A stretch of 59,490 nucleotides of DNA, filler included, from Dugesia japonica (lineage: Eukaryota): assembly GCA_001938525.1 (NCBI GenBank). It is 4 parts of 4 records of this genome, joined end to end, with 100 filler letters (N's around TTAATTAATTAA, not from the genome) between each part and the next. Parts side by side here need not be neighbours in the genome. Positions count along the whole stretch, not along the records: positions 1 to 20,170 come from MQRL01643911.1; positions 20,271 to 34,170 come from MQRL01626900.1; 2 more parts are not named here. One strand, given 5' to 3'. Each line of letters opens with the position of its first letter. Within the stretch, counting starts at the first letter, position 1. The notes under the pieces are model-generated. The model ran no database searches, had not been told where the DNA came from, and saw only the letters and a list, made by a program, of their open reading frames with translations. Positions 13,696-27,277 of this stretch are shown here, one piece after another. The position numbers were made by a program, and so were the translations under genes.

Positions 13696-14934
13696 ATAAA
13701 TATTTACAAAAGTGGTTATTAAAAGGAATAGTTATTATTTTTTAAATTAAATACTCCATATGCATTACCTAAAATGCTTTGTTCTCAAAATCAAAATTAT
13801 GTGGTGCACTAAGCCAATATAATGAAATAAGAAGTTCTACAAAAACATATTAGCACCATTAATTTAATCGGTGAAATTTCATGTAATAGGATTAACTGTT
13901 TTCAATTTTTCCAATGTATTTAGTTGGCAAATAATTTTTGCAGACAAATTACGTAATTTTTAATCGTGTTTTTAAAAATTTGGCGAATCATTTTTAAATT
14001 TAGCCTTTTAAGTCTGGAAATTTTTTCAGGCATTTTAAGCAGTAAAATTTTTTCTAGATATTTGGTTAAGAATTTATTTGGTGAGTTTGAATAAGGTCAA
14101 TTTTCGATTGGTTTTGGTGTTTTGTGTATGGTACTTTCTCGGAAAAGTTAAATAAGTTCAATTTTTGGTTAGTTCAGATGAATTTGGTCGAATATTTCCT
14201 CGAGATTGCTCAGTTTGGGTAATTTTTGGGTGATTTCGTCAATTATTTACTCGATTCAAGCAATATTGGTAATTTATTTACTCACTATGGTCAGTTTGGG
14301 TAATTTTTGTACAATCTTAGTTAATTATTTACTCACAAGAGCAAGATTTTAAAGAATTTGAATGATAATTTTCTCGCGCTGGCCAGTTAAGGAAATTCAT
14401 GTGAAAAGTTGAATTTGTTAAAATTTTCAAGTTTTTAAAATTTTTTTATGGAAATTGTTTGATAGGAATCCGGACAAATCATTCATGTTGTTTAGATACT
14501 ATGAAAATTTAAAATTTTTTAAATAAAATTTTTATGGGAATCTGGGTGAACAGTCTAAAGTTTCGAAAAAATATATGTTCTATGTCTCAGATTTCAAAGA
14601 TTTTTATACCCAACTGCTGAGAATCTTTCGGCAATCATTTTTCACAAATAAAATGTTTTCGAAAGGAATTTCCTTCTTAAGTAGGTTAAGACAGTGTCTA
14701 TTCGATAGAGACATTTTTGCTGATTTCAAATATGTTAACTTAAAATCGTCAAAGTTAATACTCCATGAAATAAATAGGGTTTTGTGGAGAGAAAAGCTCA
14801 AATTTTGAATTTTTGTACTTAATTTTCTCAGCGTACATAACTCATATGGTTTCAAATTTGGCATAATTTTAATCAAGAAACAAATGAATGTCAAAAGTTA
14901 AAATATCGTCTCGAAAAAATGCTTATGTTTGGAT

Positions 14935-17480
14935 ATGTACAGCAAATTGCGTGGTTGAAAAGAATTGAAACGTTCTCAGCCACAATTAACTTCGACTTCA
15001 ACTTTTGATTTGTTTATTAGATAGCGACGCTAAAGATTTATGGCTAGCTTGCAAATCACTAACCAAAATGGACGACAAATCAACAAGAGATTGGTTCAAA
15101 TTAAAGTTCGACAAAGATAAATCCCTTTTACGAATGATTGAAGATTTCAGTATAATCAGTCAAAAGACTGATGAAAGATATGAAAATTTTGAATTACGAG
15201 TTACAAGAGTTCTGAAGAATATATTCGAATCCAGATTATCAATGGAAAGAATTGTGAAGAAAGTAATTCAGCAAAGAGTAAAATCTTAAGATTTATAAAA
15301 AGCCTTTGCCCTAAAACCAGATTTGAATGTTGATNATATGCGACAATTAGCTGAAAATTATGAAAAAAACGATGAGATTGAATAAAAATCATAAGTCAAT
15401 AAATTATCATATTCTAATGTGGCAGCAGCTAATTACCGCTCAATATCGAATAGGATTAACGGTAAAATATGCGAATTCTGAATAGGTCAATAGCATCAAG
15501 GCCAGCTCCTGTTGTTAATTATCCAGAACAAAAATTCTCAAAAAGAGGCAATAGATGTAATTTTTTGATGAATTGGATGAAGTAGAGCATGATTTGAACT
15601 ATTTAAACGAGAATTACTTCATTGTTTAAATTTCGTCTGTGGAGTCAAGACAGTAAGAACAAATCAAAATCGAAATTTAAACGTAGAAGACGAAATGTAT
15701 GTGAAGAGCAATGGAAGAATTTGGAGTGTGGTTAAAGTGAATGGTAGAGGTGTAGAAATTTTATGGGACACAGGATCATTGATTTCAGTAATGGATATGA
15801 ATGCTCGGAAAAGATGTGGTTCGTTTGCATTGGAAAACTCTGAGATAAAATTGAGTGGAGCATGTTCAAAGAAAGCCATTAAATGTTAAGGCCTCTGAAA
15901 AGTGAAAATTTATTACCATAATATGAANNNNNNNNNNNNNNNNNTGGTAGTACAGAATATAAGCCCAAAGTTCATTGGTGGAATAGACGTTTTCAAACTT
16001 TTTAATATTCAATGAAAGATAATTGGATTAATCGAGTTAGATAATGTAATGTGTAATGTTTCTGATGAGGATCGTTTAAGAGTCACTATGGGCGTTTTCA
16101 AACCAAGAGATGACACCTTGCAAAAATTCTTAACTCGTTTTGCCTCGATTTTTATAACGCATACGTTTGACCTGGGGAAACACACCTAGTTAAACATCCT
16201 ATTCAAACAACGAGGAATCCTGTCGTACAACAGCCAATATGACAACCGATGCATCTAGAAGGCAAAATTGATAAGATGATTGAAACACTTAACAAAAGTT
16301 GCATCATAAAAGAATGTAGTACGCTGTGGAACTCACCTATGGTGATTGTTAACAAAAAAGAATGGAGTTATTCGTATGTGTCAAGATTTCAGATTATTAA
16401 ATGAAACAACTGATAAATTTTTGTTTCCTATACCAGATCCTCAAATGTTATTCGATTATCTTTGTGAGTGTACAATATTTATAACACTAAATATAAGCCA
16501 AGCGTATTATCAAGTCGAACTAGAAGAGAAGATTAAAATTAAAACCACTTTTTTTACAAAGAAAGGTCAGTACAGCTATAATCGCATGCCATTAGGCCTA
16601 TCAACCGCTCCGGTTACGTTTCAAAAATTAGTGCATATAATTTTGTCAGGTATTCTATTTAAATGCGTTGTAGTTTATATCGATGATATTCTAATCTTTG
16701 CAAAAAATTAGAAAAAACATTATAGCATTCTATCAGAAATTTTTCAAAGAATTCAAGCATCTGGTTTTAAAGTAAATCCCGCCAAATGTAAACTCTATCA
16801 AGAGGAGCTTGTGTTTTTGGGTCATACAAAAAACAAATTTGGAAAAAATCACGGAGATTTTTAATGCTGGAATTCCGAAATGTACTAAACAATTGCGATC
16901 TTTTCTTGGAATGGCCAACTATTACAGGAATTTTATAAAAATACTTTCGCAACTTGCTTCACCTTTATATGCTGCTGCCGAAGGTCAAAAGCAGGAGACA
17001 ATGTGAACAAAAGAATTCAAGACGAGTTTCAGGAAAATCAAGGAAGCTCTCTGTAACTCTCTAGTATTGAGGTGTCCTAATTCAGAAGGTCAATTTATTC
17101 TGGAATTTTTTCAAGAATTGCTTCTGTACTGAGCCAATCACAAAACGGTATGGAAGTTGTTATAGCATATGGATCAAGCTTGTTAAACGTACCTGAAAAG
17201 GATAGGAGCTATCGACTCTTTATGAATTTATTCAACATTTTCGGCATTATCTTTATGGGAAAAGCTTTTTCGCAAGAACAAATCACAAAGCTTTAGAGTT
17301 TATAAAGAATTCGAAAAAACCGATTCCGCCACAGTTTCAAACTTGGATGAACGAGTTATTAGAATATGATTTCCTATTAAAGTATAGAAAAGGGGAACAT
17401 CATTACAATGCTGATGGTACGTCAAAACTGACGTCTTATATGCCAGTCTGAACATAAAAATGCCAAGTCTAAATTGTCTA
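14935..17480 (+). mobile_element. Ty3/Gypsy LTR retrotransposon internal region (gag-protease-RT-RNase H), degenerate and truncated
   Basis: Protease ILWDTGS; RT RMCQDFR, RMPLGLSTAP, YIDDILIF; LRSFLGMANYYRNFI; RNase H VIAYGS...HFRHYLYG...TNHKAL...HYNADG. Confidence 0.95.
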
Positions 17481-18489
17481 AGAGACGAAGAAGTTGGAAA
17501 TAAATGTGATTTTGAAGTTTTGTTTGTATATTAAAATGTAAATAATACATTTATTTTCAAAATTCACGATGTCTTTTATTACTGATTTAACTTTTTGGGA
17601 AGAAGAAAGGTAAATGGCTGTAGAGGCAATTAATTTATAGGATTTTATAAGATTTAATTGAAATTTTTCTGTTGGATGGTTGTGGCGTAATAATTTTTAG
17701 AAAAGTTAATTTTACATAAAATGGGGAATTTAGCTTAAAACGATGAATTAGTTGAAAATAATGGTATTTTTGTAAAAAGATTGATTTTTTAGTAGACTTT
17801 ATATTTATGAATGGGAAGGGGTGTTTTTTATATTTTTGCAGCGGATGAAGGTTGTCTTGATATTTTTGGTGGAAAATTTAAAAAATTATTTTGGTGGGAA
17901 ATTAAAAAATGTTTTTTTTGAGCAGTCTTGATATTTTGCATGGAATGGGGGAGTCTCTATTTTTTCCATGGGATGAGGAAGTCTACAATTTCCCAGGCAC
18001 GCGTTTCTGTGTTGCAATCCAATTGCATGCCAATTGGACTTATTTAAATTTCCAGGCTTGTGATGCATCCCTTTTGCAAACATATGGCATCTCTTTTGCA
18101 TTCTAATTGCATAAATGTTGCATTCAATAATAAAAAACTATTTACAACAAAAACTATTTACATTTATTATTACAACAACTATTTTTTTTCTTCTTCTTTA
18201 ATTTTTTCTTCCTTTAGATGGATGAGTAAGAGTTGATATGATATACTTCTTATTTAAAATAATATAACTATTTCATTACATTTAAAAAGGCTGATTATCC
18301 TTTTGCTTCTTTGCATGCTCCCTGGTTCTTTGCTTCCTCTTTGGTTTCATGGGTTTCTTTTTTCCTTTTGATAACCAATATTCATAGACATTGTAAGAAA
18401 AAAAAGAGTTCAATATAGAAAATACAGTTCTTATCATTCGCAATATTGATCTCAACATTGAAAATATTTGTTTCAATAGATAAATTTAT

Positions 18490-18680
18490 GGTTTCATTAA
18501 AAAGAATAGGGGTTTTATCATGAAAATGTGGGTTTGGTAAATAAAGGATTTATCATGTAAATAATGGTTTTATCATGAAAATATAGGTTTAATAGAAACA
18601 TGCAGTTTTATCACGAAATTACTGGTTTTAACAAGAAAATATGTGTTTTATAATTAAATTATTGGTTTTATCATTGAATA
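18490..18680. repeat. Degenerate ~20-bp tandem repeat (ggttttatcatgaaaatat)
   Basis: Repeated ggttttatca core. Confidence 0.65.
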
Positions 18681-21609
18681 TAAGACCAATAAATTAAATA
18701 TATTTAATACATTACATTAAAATTTATTAATATTTTCAACACTTAGATCAACACATAGATAAGCAAGCAAGTATTCAATTATTTCTGATCCAAACTAGGT
18801 TTTAGTTGATATATATTATCATTATATTGGTTCTGTGCGTCACATCATAAATTTGGAGAACAAAGCCTTTTAGTACAAAATCATTTAGGTAATTTATAGG
18901 TAGCGTAATGAAATAATTATTTTTTTATATTTTTTGCTAATAGAAAGTGAGTTAATTTGGTAATAAATTACAAATCAATTCTTTTCAATTATAATTGTTT
19001 CGAAATAGCAGAGTTGTAGTAAAATAAATGATGTCTCAACAAATTAGTTTTTATTTGGAAAATGAATTATCAATTGAAGATATAACTAACAGGTAGTATT
19101 TAACTTCCTACCGAATGATACTAAAATCGACTCTATACGATCAAGTATATAAGCTATGGGAATTGTCAATCTTACATTCTTAACAACATATTACCNNNNN
19201 NNNNNNNNNNNNNNNNNNNNNNNNNNNNNNNNNNNNNNNNNNNTTATGCATTTAACGTCACTATGACAATACATACACAATAAAGTATCACCTGGGAAAG
19301 TTAAAACTAAATATTGAACTCCTGCGCATGTTTTTATATATAAAAATGTCAGCACCAGATCAAACCATTATATTTTTAAAACTAGTCCAAAGTTCAGCCC
19401 AGTATATTTGACCCCAGGTAAGTTTCAGCCCAGTTTATTTTAGCCTAATTTTTCGGCGGGTGGATAGGTATGGGATCATGAGCTACTATCTATCTACTCA
19501 AATGCTTCATCCGTTAGTACACGTACAAGTTGGTTTAAGCTCACACCAGCATTGTTCATTATTATATTTAGTGCCTTTTTAATATAGATATCACGGATTG
19601 ATTATTTAAGTGTTACTAAATGAAACACGTTTTGTTTAATAGTTACTTCTTCAGAAACATTGACGTTTAGCTTGAACTATGTTCCCAGATATTATCAAAC
19701 TGGCTTCTGCCAGACTTCAGTTTCTTTTCAAAAAAATGATATTTGTTGATTATTAATAGTAGTTTTTCAAGATTCAGGCTTATTTATCTGTAATTATGAA
19801 TTCTGTTGATGTAAGGTTTTCTTAATCGTTAAATAATAAATGACTGAGACAACTAATTTTATTTATTGAAATACACAAGTTGTACCAACCGTATTAGATA
19901 AATAAGCTATTCAGTACTATCCAACATGATAGGTTTATAATACATTCACGTTTATAATACTCCAGTTTACCAAACAACACTAATTTTTACGAGATATTCA
20001 CATTAATTTTCTACAATACACATTCAAAGATAATCGTAATATGATGATTGATTTTCTAATCAATTAATATAATGGTTAAACTGATTCAGGTCAGCTAAAA
20101 TTATGTAACAATCCAACTTATCCAATTGAAAAAATGTGAAACACCAGTTTCCGAGTTATTTGGCTGTAATNNNNNNNNNNNNNNNNNNNNNNNNNNNNNN
20201 NNNNNNNNNNNNNNTTAATTAATTAANNNNNNNNNNNNNNNNNNNNNNNNNNNNNNNNNNNNNNNNNNNNCTTTTTTGATCTACGCCTAAGTTTATTTTC
20301 GTAATTTTGAAAATATTTAATTTTTTTAATAATAATAATAATAAATAATAATAATGTTGGGGTGAATTACCCCGGTTGAGAAGAAATTCAAGGCCAGAAG
20401 CCAAATCAAAAAATAATAAGGAGGTGGTCAGAAGGAAAATCAATTAAGAATAATTATATGGCTAAAATATAATGACTTCAATTAATAAAAGTCAAATGGA
20501 AAAGAAAATGGGAATGAATATCTCAGATAAAAAGAATCCAACTCATCAATTCCAATAATTAAAGGAAATTATTAAAATATAAATAAAGATAAGAAAATAG
20601 TCAGAAAATAATAATTAATTAATGAAGGAAAAATTAATTAAGTTATTGTAAAAAAGAATTAAAATTAGGCAAAAAATCAGTTTTGGTCGAATAGATCCGC
20701 CCAGAAAAATCATGGAGACTTGGAATAAGAAATTCTGAAAAGGAAATGCTAAAGGGCAATAGGATTGCATAACAAGAAAATTCCATCAATATCAGGAGGA
20801 CCCCTACAAAGATTTGAAGTATGGGCCAATAAGAAGCCAAAAAAGAAAAATAAAACAAAGACCAGAAAATCACATGTTGACTTGAAAATAGACACCAATA
20901 GAAGTTCTAAAAATCTTGGAAAAAATCTGAAAATTGGCACCATAAGAAGCAAGAATTTCAAATTAAAAATAGAACACCAATGAAGGTACTGTCAGGGCGT
21001 AATCAGAAATGGTATAAAAACCCCGCTGTATTTTAGTCGAAAAAACAAATTTTTGCTAATATTTGAGCGTACAAAACTCAACCTCATTTTTCTCAATGTT
21101 ATTAAGTGATTTGTATTACGGCTATCTAGAAGGAAATTAGGTGAGAAAGTTAACAATAAATCATCACTCAACTATTCGAAAGATCACAAATTTTTTGTAA
21201 GATATCTAATTGTGCTTACTTTGGAATCATAGGAAAGAAGTATTTTAATGAGAGAAAGGAAAAGGAAATCAAACAGGAAAATTTTTCAATCAATATTCAA
21301 CGTAATTATCACAGTTAACCGTTGCAGAATCCTGAAAGTCATTTAGAAGTAATTTATTGATTTATTTATGTCATGATATTAAAGTTACATAATAAACGAT
21401 GGAATTTTTTCTCATTCAATTATTATTTAGTTTGTTAAATATGAATAAATGAAAAGTAAAACCGTGAGTATAATCCATTTTATTTAAGAAAACTCAAAAT
21501 AAAATACATCATTTAATGTTATTATATATTATGAACAGTTATTAATAAATGAAATGTAAAACCGTGAGTATAATCAATTTTATTTAAGAAAAATCACTCA
21601 CTAATTTTC

Positions 21610-22880
21610 TATTCTATGATATAATGGAGCATGTAACGAGACTAAATTCTAAATCAAACATTCCCATCATTGGAAAAGTCGGAAGCTTCATTTTTCGTTG
21701 AAGATCGATAAATAAGATAATGTCCAAAGTTCTGGCGAGTTGACGTATCTATTTTCTGTTTACTCAGTTAACCACACGATGATAGTTCGATAATTCTACA
21801 TAGCCAAATTACGCATCAATAAAAAATCTACAACTGTTTTCTTTTGCACTGACAAATTCTACAATTAATCAACATTATCTGTTTTCAACTGCGACATTTG
21901 AATGAAATATCGACAATTTTCATAACTGTCACACACACGTCGTCGACCTGGATTTACTTTCATTAATATTAATATCTGAGTAGGATTTATAACGAGTATA
22001 GGATAGTAGTGTGTATGGCGAAAACTGACACCATTGCAATTGACTCATTTACATTCTTGTGAAAATTTCTGTAGTTATTTAATCACCAGTTGTCTGCAGG
22101 ATTATCATGATATCGATTATTAATAGACTCGTTACTCTGATTAAAAAGTAAGCATAGGAATATCCTGATGATTCGTTCGGTTACTAGTGTCAATCACCGC
22201 ATTATTATTCTGAGTACTATTACTGATATTACTACCTTTTTATTATTATCATTAACATACACATTGTCATTACAACTTCTATTATTACTATTATTTTATG
22301 GTTATTAAAAATATTTTTACGCTAATTTGTTTTATTATTTATGATTACTATTAAAAATTTTATCGTTGTTAGTACTATTGTGGCTACGATTCATATGTCG
22401 GTTATTGTGATTAAATTATCATCATCCCAATAATTATCATCAGCGAAATTATAATCATTGCTGTTATCTTCATATTTGCCACCAATAACAGTGGTGACAT
22501 TATTAAGTAGCTATATCATTCAGGTGGTTACGACGAGCCCAATCACTAACATCATTATTAAATTACTCCTTGCCGAAGATATTATTAATATTATCATTAT
22601 TAAGTTCCGATTAAAATTATAATGGATAGATATACCCACCATCATTATTACTATTACGATTATTTACGTTATTCTTCTTCTTATTATTAATTGTTATCAA
22701 TTACTATCATAATTACCATTATTATTATTACTATTAGAAATTATTTCATTTACTATCATGATTATCAATATTATTATTACTATTATTATTACTATTATTA
22801 TGAGTATTATTATGAGTATTAGTACAGTTATCATGATTGATTTAAGTATTATTATTAAATTTGATAGTATAATTATGAAC
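21610..22880 (-). pseudogene. Decayed Asn-rich ORF divergently oriented to array ORF A (copy 1)
   Basis: Long degenerate (ATT/GTT/ACT/ATC)n tract reads AAT/AAC/AGT/GAT on the minus strand. A similar tract precedes ORF A copy 2. Confidence 0.4.
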
Positions 22881-23142
22881 CAGGAATGCGCCTGTTAGGA
22901 TACTTATGATCATCGTCACTATTCCTGTACGCTTTTAATTGTTATTAACGGACTTCCTGCTGTCAACAATTCTGCTAGGCCAGGTAATAGATCTAGAGTC
23001 AGGGTAATATCTTGCCATGAGTAATGATCGCACCTAAGAAGTTTTGAGACATCAATTTTTCTTAAAACTATACTTAGCCCTAATCGATAGGCCCATAATT
23101 AGGTCGAGAAAAACTTAGGTTTAACTTTACATTATTTAGGAT

Positions 23143-23328
23143 ATGCCTGCTGAGCTAAAAAATTCACTACTCTTGATTTGGAAGCAGCGTAAATCGGCTC
23201 GGCTCAAACAGCTCATTGGTCACCGCTTGTTTCCCCAGCTGGTGGAGCATCCTGACGAGACAGACTTACAATGTTTCGTCGAGATGTTCTCATTGGGTTT
23301 TAACGTAGACATGGAGGAGGAAAATTAA
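23143..23328 (+). CDS. Array ORF A copy 1 (61 aa, unknown)
   Basis: tttag|GAT ATG start, AATAAA near 23374. Protein homologous to 25220 and 28353 (LLL...RLKQLIGHRLFP...HPDETDL.CF.EMF). Confidence 0.7.
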   Translation: MPAELKNSLLLIWKQRKSARLKQLIGHRLFPQLVEHPDETDLQCFVEMFSLGFNVDMEEEN

Positions 23329-23929
23329 TACTGACGTTAATGCATGCTCCAATTATGTACTGTCAGTTTCATTAAATAAAATGTATTCTAGTTAAATTTT
23401 TAGTTATCGATAAGTGTCCCGTTGCATTTATATCATATTATAAATTTAAATTGATCATAATGAACTGTATTTTATAGTGGAATGGTAGTCCACGTGTTTG
23501 AATGAGGAACTCAATCATAAAAAGGAATTGTTTAATACACAGCCACTGCAAAATTGTTCTCAGAATTATAAAAGTGAAGACTCATATTTTAAGTTAATCA
23601 AAAAAGGAAACGGCCAAAAGAAGAAATCTACACAAACTTATTTGCCCAAAACGGAAAAAGAAAATACATCAGTGTGTTTACCCGTTGCAGAAATCTGAAG
23701 ATTGATATAAAAGTAAATCTTTAGAATTTATATCATGATAAAAAAGTTTTAATTAAAAAATCAATTTTCGGTTATATTTATATCATGTTAATAATTTTAT
23801 GTCTATGCAATAATAAATGTTTATTAAATTAAATCAACTCATGTTTACTTCATATTATACACGTTTTTAAAATGTATACGGAAATATATAAAGTTTTAAG
23901 TAGCTTTCATTTAAAAAACAAATCACTCA

Positions 23930-25150
23930 TTTCAGTCAGAATTAGTATATTTCCGTGTCATTATTTTTATGCAATTGTAAGCGAGATCTAGGAAAATAAC
24001 TCCAGTGTTTGAGTAATATTCATAGATTCATTTGAGAATTGTTGGATTGATAAACATAAGAAATTTCCGATTTTCAGAAAAATGAAGCATTAATTCTTGT
24101 TATCAATAAGTCTACAGCAGGATAGTGTTTGTGTTCTTCAATGTTGTTGCATGCACGATAGTAGAAAAATCCACATGAAAGCTGACTGACGGAGAGTTAA
24201 TTCTGACTCATTTAACAACTGCCTTATAAGTGAGTGTTCATTGTAGTAGAAATTTGTCAGTTCTACCTTTTAATAATCGTGATATATGAGTCAGTCACCT
24301 TGTGCTTAGCATTTCTGATATCATCATTCCTGGTGGATAATAAAAGCGTTAACAGTGTTAAAGTTCATTGGTATTATTACTAATGCCTTGCTATTTCCAA
24401 TTATCAGTAATTAACTTTCGCAATATTCCAATTGTTATATAGTTTCTTGATGTTAACATGATTGCAACTGTTATTGATCCTAATAAGATTACTGATATTG
24501 TTAATAGCGTTAGGATCATTAATTTTAGCAGAATTATTAGTATTATTATTAGCATAAGNNNNNNNNNNNNNNNNNNNNNNNNNNNNNNNNNNNNNNNNNN
24601 NNNNNNNNNNNNNNNNNNNNNNNNNNNNNNNNNNNNNNNNNNNNNNNNNNNNNNNNNNNNNNNNNNNNNNNNNNNNNNNNNNNNNNNNNNNNNNNNNNNN
24701 NNNNNNNNNNNNNNNNNNNNNNACTGTTAGGGAATGTATTGTTATTTAAGTTAGTATCGTTGGAAAATGATTGTTCCTATTGTTGTGAATGTCGTTTATA
24801 TTACTATTATAAACACGGTGTTCACGATAAGTATAATGAATGATTGTCAGTATTCTAAATATGAACCTGGTTCTTAAGGTTTTTACACCATTACTACTTA
24901 AATTATTCTGTAACTTTATCATTAGGATTATCGTTATCGTTGTTGCTAAGGTTGTTACTAGTGTTACCTTGATTTTCCCTATGAAACATTATTGCCTTTA
25001 GTATTAAGGTTTTACTAAGTTAAACGAGCTTTCAAAACATCCTGTCTAATTATAATAATACACATTATGATATGATAATATAATCAGCGTTACCTAATTA
25101 TTATTAACAGTATTGAACGCCGGGTTTAGTTTTCTTTTCTTTAACAATCA
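23930..25150 (-). pseudogene. Decayed Asn-rich ORF (copy 2)
   Basis: Same low-complexity character and same position relative to ORF A copy 2. Interrupted by an N gap. Confidence 0.35.
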
Positions 25151-25219
25151 TAACGATATTTAATACGGTAGATTATGCCACATAAATCTTATGTTTAAAT
25201 AATCCCGGTATTTTAGGTC

Positions 25220-25410
25220 ATGCCGGTAGAATTCAAACATACACTGCTTTTGATTTTAAAACAACTTAAGACAGCACGCCTGAAACAGCTTATCGGACAT
25301 CGGTTATTCCCCAACCTAATAGAGCATCCCGATGAAACTGACTAAAGTTGTTTTTTTGAGATGTTCCCGTTGAACCGTAACGTAGATGTTGACAAGGAAC
25401 GAAACAAAAC
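25220..25410 (+). pseudogene. Array ORF A copy 2
   Basis: ttttag|GTC ATG; MPVEFKHTLLLILKQLKTARLKQLIGHRLFPNLIEHPDETD*SCFFEMFPLN. Many synonymous differences from copy 1. Confidence 0.75.
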
Positions 25411-25551
25411 TCGTAACTGCGTCTTAATTTGTTTTGTTAAATGTGGTTATTTTACTAAAATAAAATCTTNGACCTAATTTTCTGCTTCATAGTTTTTCTT
25501 TTTGCACATATATTGTTTATTTATATGTAATTTGTTTATGTGTAATTTCAG

Positions 25552-25880
25552 TGGAATTTAAATGGGAGCTGTTATTAGATCGTCGAACGGGTCGAATGAT
25601 ATTCAACCAGTATAAAAATCCATTTAACCGAGATGCTCGAGTTTTTGCGGACCGGTCCAACCTTTTGACCGAAGATGCAGATGAGGAACAACGATAGTAC
25701 GCCACTGAGCGTGACGCCTACTACGATTGGACAGGCCCCAATCATGCTCGCGAGGTGTATCACACCATTACAACTTCCTCTCCCGATAGTGATAGTGAAC
25801 TTCACACAAATATTGAGTGGAGGGAGGCCCCTCCGCTGTCCCGATATCTACACCGCACTTGCCCCCTTTTTCTGGGTTGA
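25552..25880 (+). pseudogene. Array ORF B copy 1
   Basis: tttcag|TG; EFKWELLLDRRTGRMIFNQYKNPFNRDARVFADRSN..., homologous to 28721-28988. One internal stop; AATAAA near 25953. Confidence 0.7.
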
Positions 25881-26102
25881 GCGAGTTCATTGATAACATG
25901 TTATGGGGACTCAGACTCCGAGAATCAATTAGATGTTTCTTGTTCGGTTAATAATAAAGATTTCATTGCAGCTTTGTCTTACTGCTTTCGTGGATTCATT
26001 AATGTTGTTTTTGTCTTTAATAATAGTTGAAATAACTTAGAGCCTGTTTAAGTACCATTTGATAGGTGAGAGTTCGTAGTTATTGATATAATTTTCTTGT
26101 AG

Positions 26103-26461
26103 TACATTCATCAATTAACCGATCAGTCGCTCCTACAAAGAAAGTTGGAGAAAGTAGCGAAGACATCGATATGACTTGGGATGTTTACCGTCTTGCTAAA
26201 CGCCACTGGGAGGCCGACACAGCTGCTGCTGAGAGCAAGGTAAAGCGGTATAAGAATAAGTGCATCATGTTTCGCAAGGAAGCCGAAGCTTAACATGCGT
26301 AGGAACGCANTTNGAAACAGCAATTAGAGTCNTATCCTGAAATCATCNNGNCCCTCTATGACCGTGAAAATAAACTGGTGGCAAATGTAGTGGAGTTGCG
26401 GAAACGTATGCCGCTTGAACCCTTGATGATAGACAAGTCAACACAGACCCCACCACCATAA
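26103..26461 (+). pseudogene. Array ORF C copy 1: coiled-coil protein with C-terminal DKSTQT
   Basis: ttgtag|TA; DMTWDVYRLAKRHWE...LYDRENKLVANVVELRKRMPLEPLMIDKSTQTPPP*. Two internal stops. Confidence 0.7.
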
Positions 26462-26597
26462 CAAGCTGTGATTAAATTTTATGTATAAAAATAAATTTTC
26501 TTGATTGTAATCTTATGACAGGTGTTCATTTCGTCCTCTTAATTTGTAATAATTTTTAAACTGAATTAATCATTCAAGTTAACTTATTTAATTGTAG

Positions 26598-26956
26598 TGC
26601 CTAGAATTATTTTACCAACAAGCCTTCGCCGTTGTAACAGGCTCATACAGAAATCTTTACTCAATCGCCACATCAAACTTCAAAACGAACGAGCGCTTCT
26701 ACGTTACCTCACACAGAAAAACCGCCTAATAAAAAAATTAGATGTTATCGTTAAAAAACAGAGCTGGCGGAACACATCAAGCAGGTTCTTCTCCATAAGA
26801 TAGAATTCTTACAACAATATATCGTGGATATTGCAAACCGCCTTGATCAAGAAAACGTGGACCCGTTAGAACAGCGACGATGACGTTGCTGCCTTTAAAT
26901 TCATGGATACCGTGCCTACCCAGTGGTTAGATCCTGGGATGCTGGAATTTATGTAA
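26598..26956 (+). pseudogene. Array ORF D copy 1
   Basis: ttgtag|TG CCT AGA; PRIILPTSLRRC...ERALLRYLTQKNRLIKKL...NSDDDVAAFKFMDTVPTQWLDPGMLEFM*, with frameshifts. Homologous to 29766-30125. Confidence 0.7.
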
Positions 26957-27014
26957 TTAGCGAAAAATATATCTTAATTTCAAGTTTTTTCAAGTCGTTT
27001 AATAAATAAAATAA

Positions 27015-27277
27015 TGGAAAAAGGTTTGAAAGAAAAGGTATACGAAAGAAAAGGTATACTTCAAGTATATGTTGGAAGTCAAGCGCTTTGTACCAATAGC
27101 CTAGTTAGGGACATTAGGTAAATTCTTGAACGGGTCCCTTGAGGGCTGTTTTTTCCCCAGCCCAATTTTTCTTGTATAAACTCAGGTGGGACCCCAAAAA
27201 TAATAATAATGTTGGGGTCTACCTGCGTTTGTTGTAGAAAGATATGACTGCGGAAAAAAGTAGCCCTCAGGGGATCC
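27015..27277. mobile_element. Two head-to-head element termini (CCCCAAAA | (AAT)n | TGTTGGGG)
   Basis: 27210-27277 is an imperfect inverted copy of ~27130-27199; both resemble ~30295-30364. Confidence 0.6.

Noticed and set aside
20171-20270. TTAATTAATTAA centred in a 100-bp N block (also at 34215 and 43501)
   Set aside because: Artificial six-frame stop linker from scaffolding; adjacency across these points is not reliable.
20765-20983. Basic ORF resembling 18282-18476
   Set aside because: Similarity is limited to Lys-rich low-complexity sequence.
27015-27199. Conserved segment after ORF D as a fifth ORF
   Set aside because: No single reading frame is conserved between the two copies; treated as a terminal sequence.
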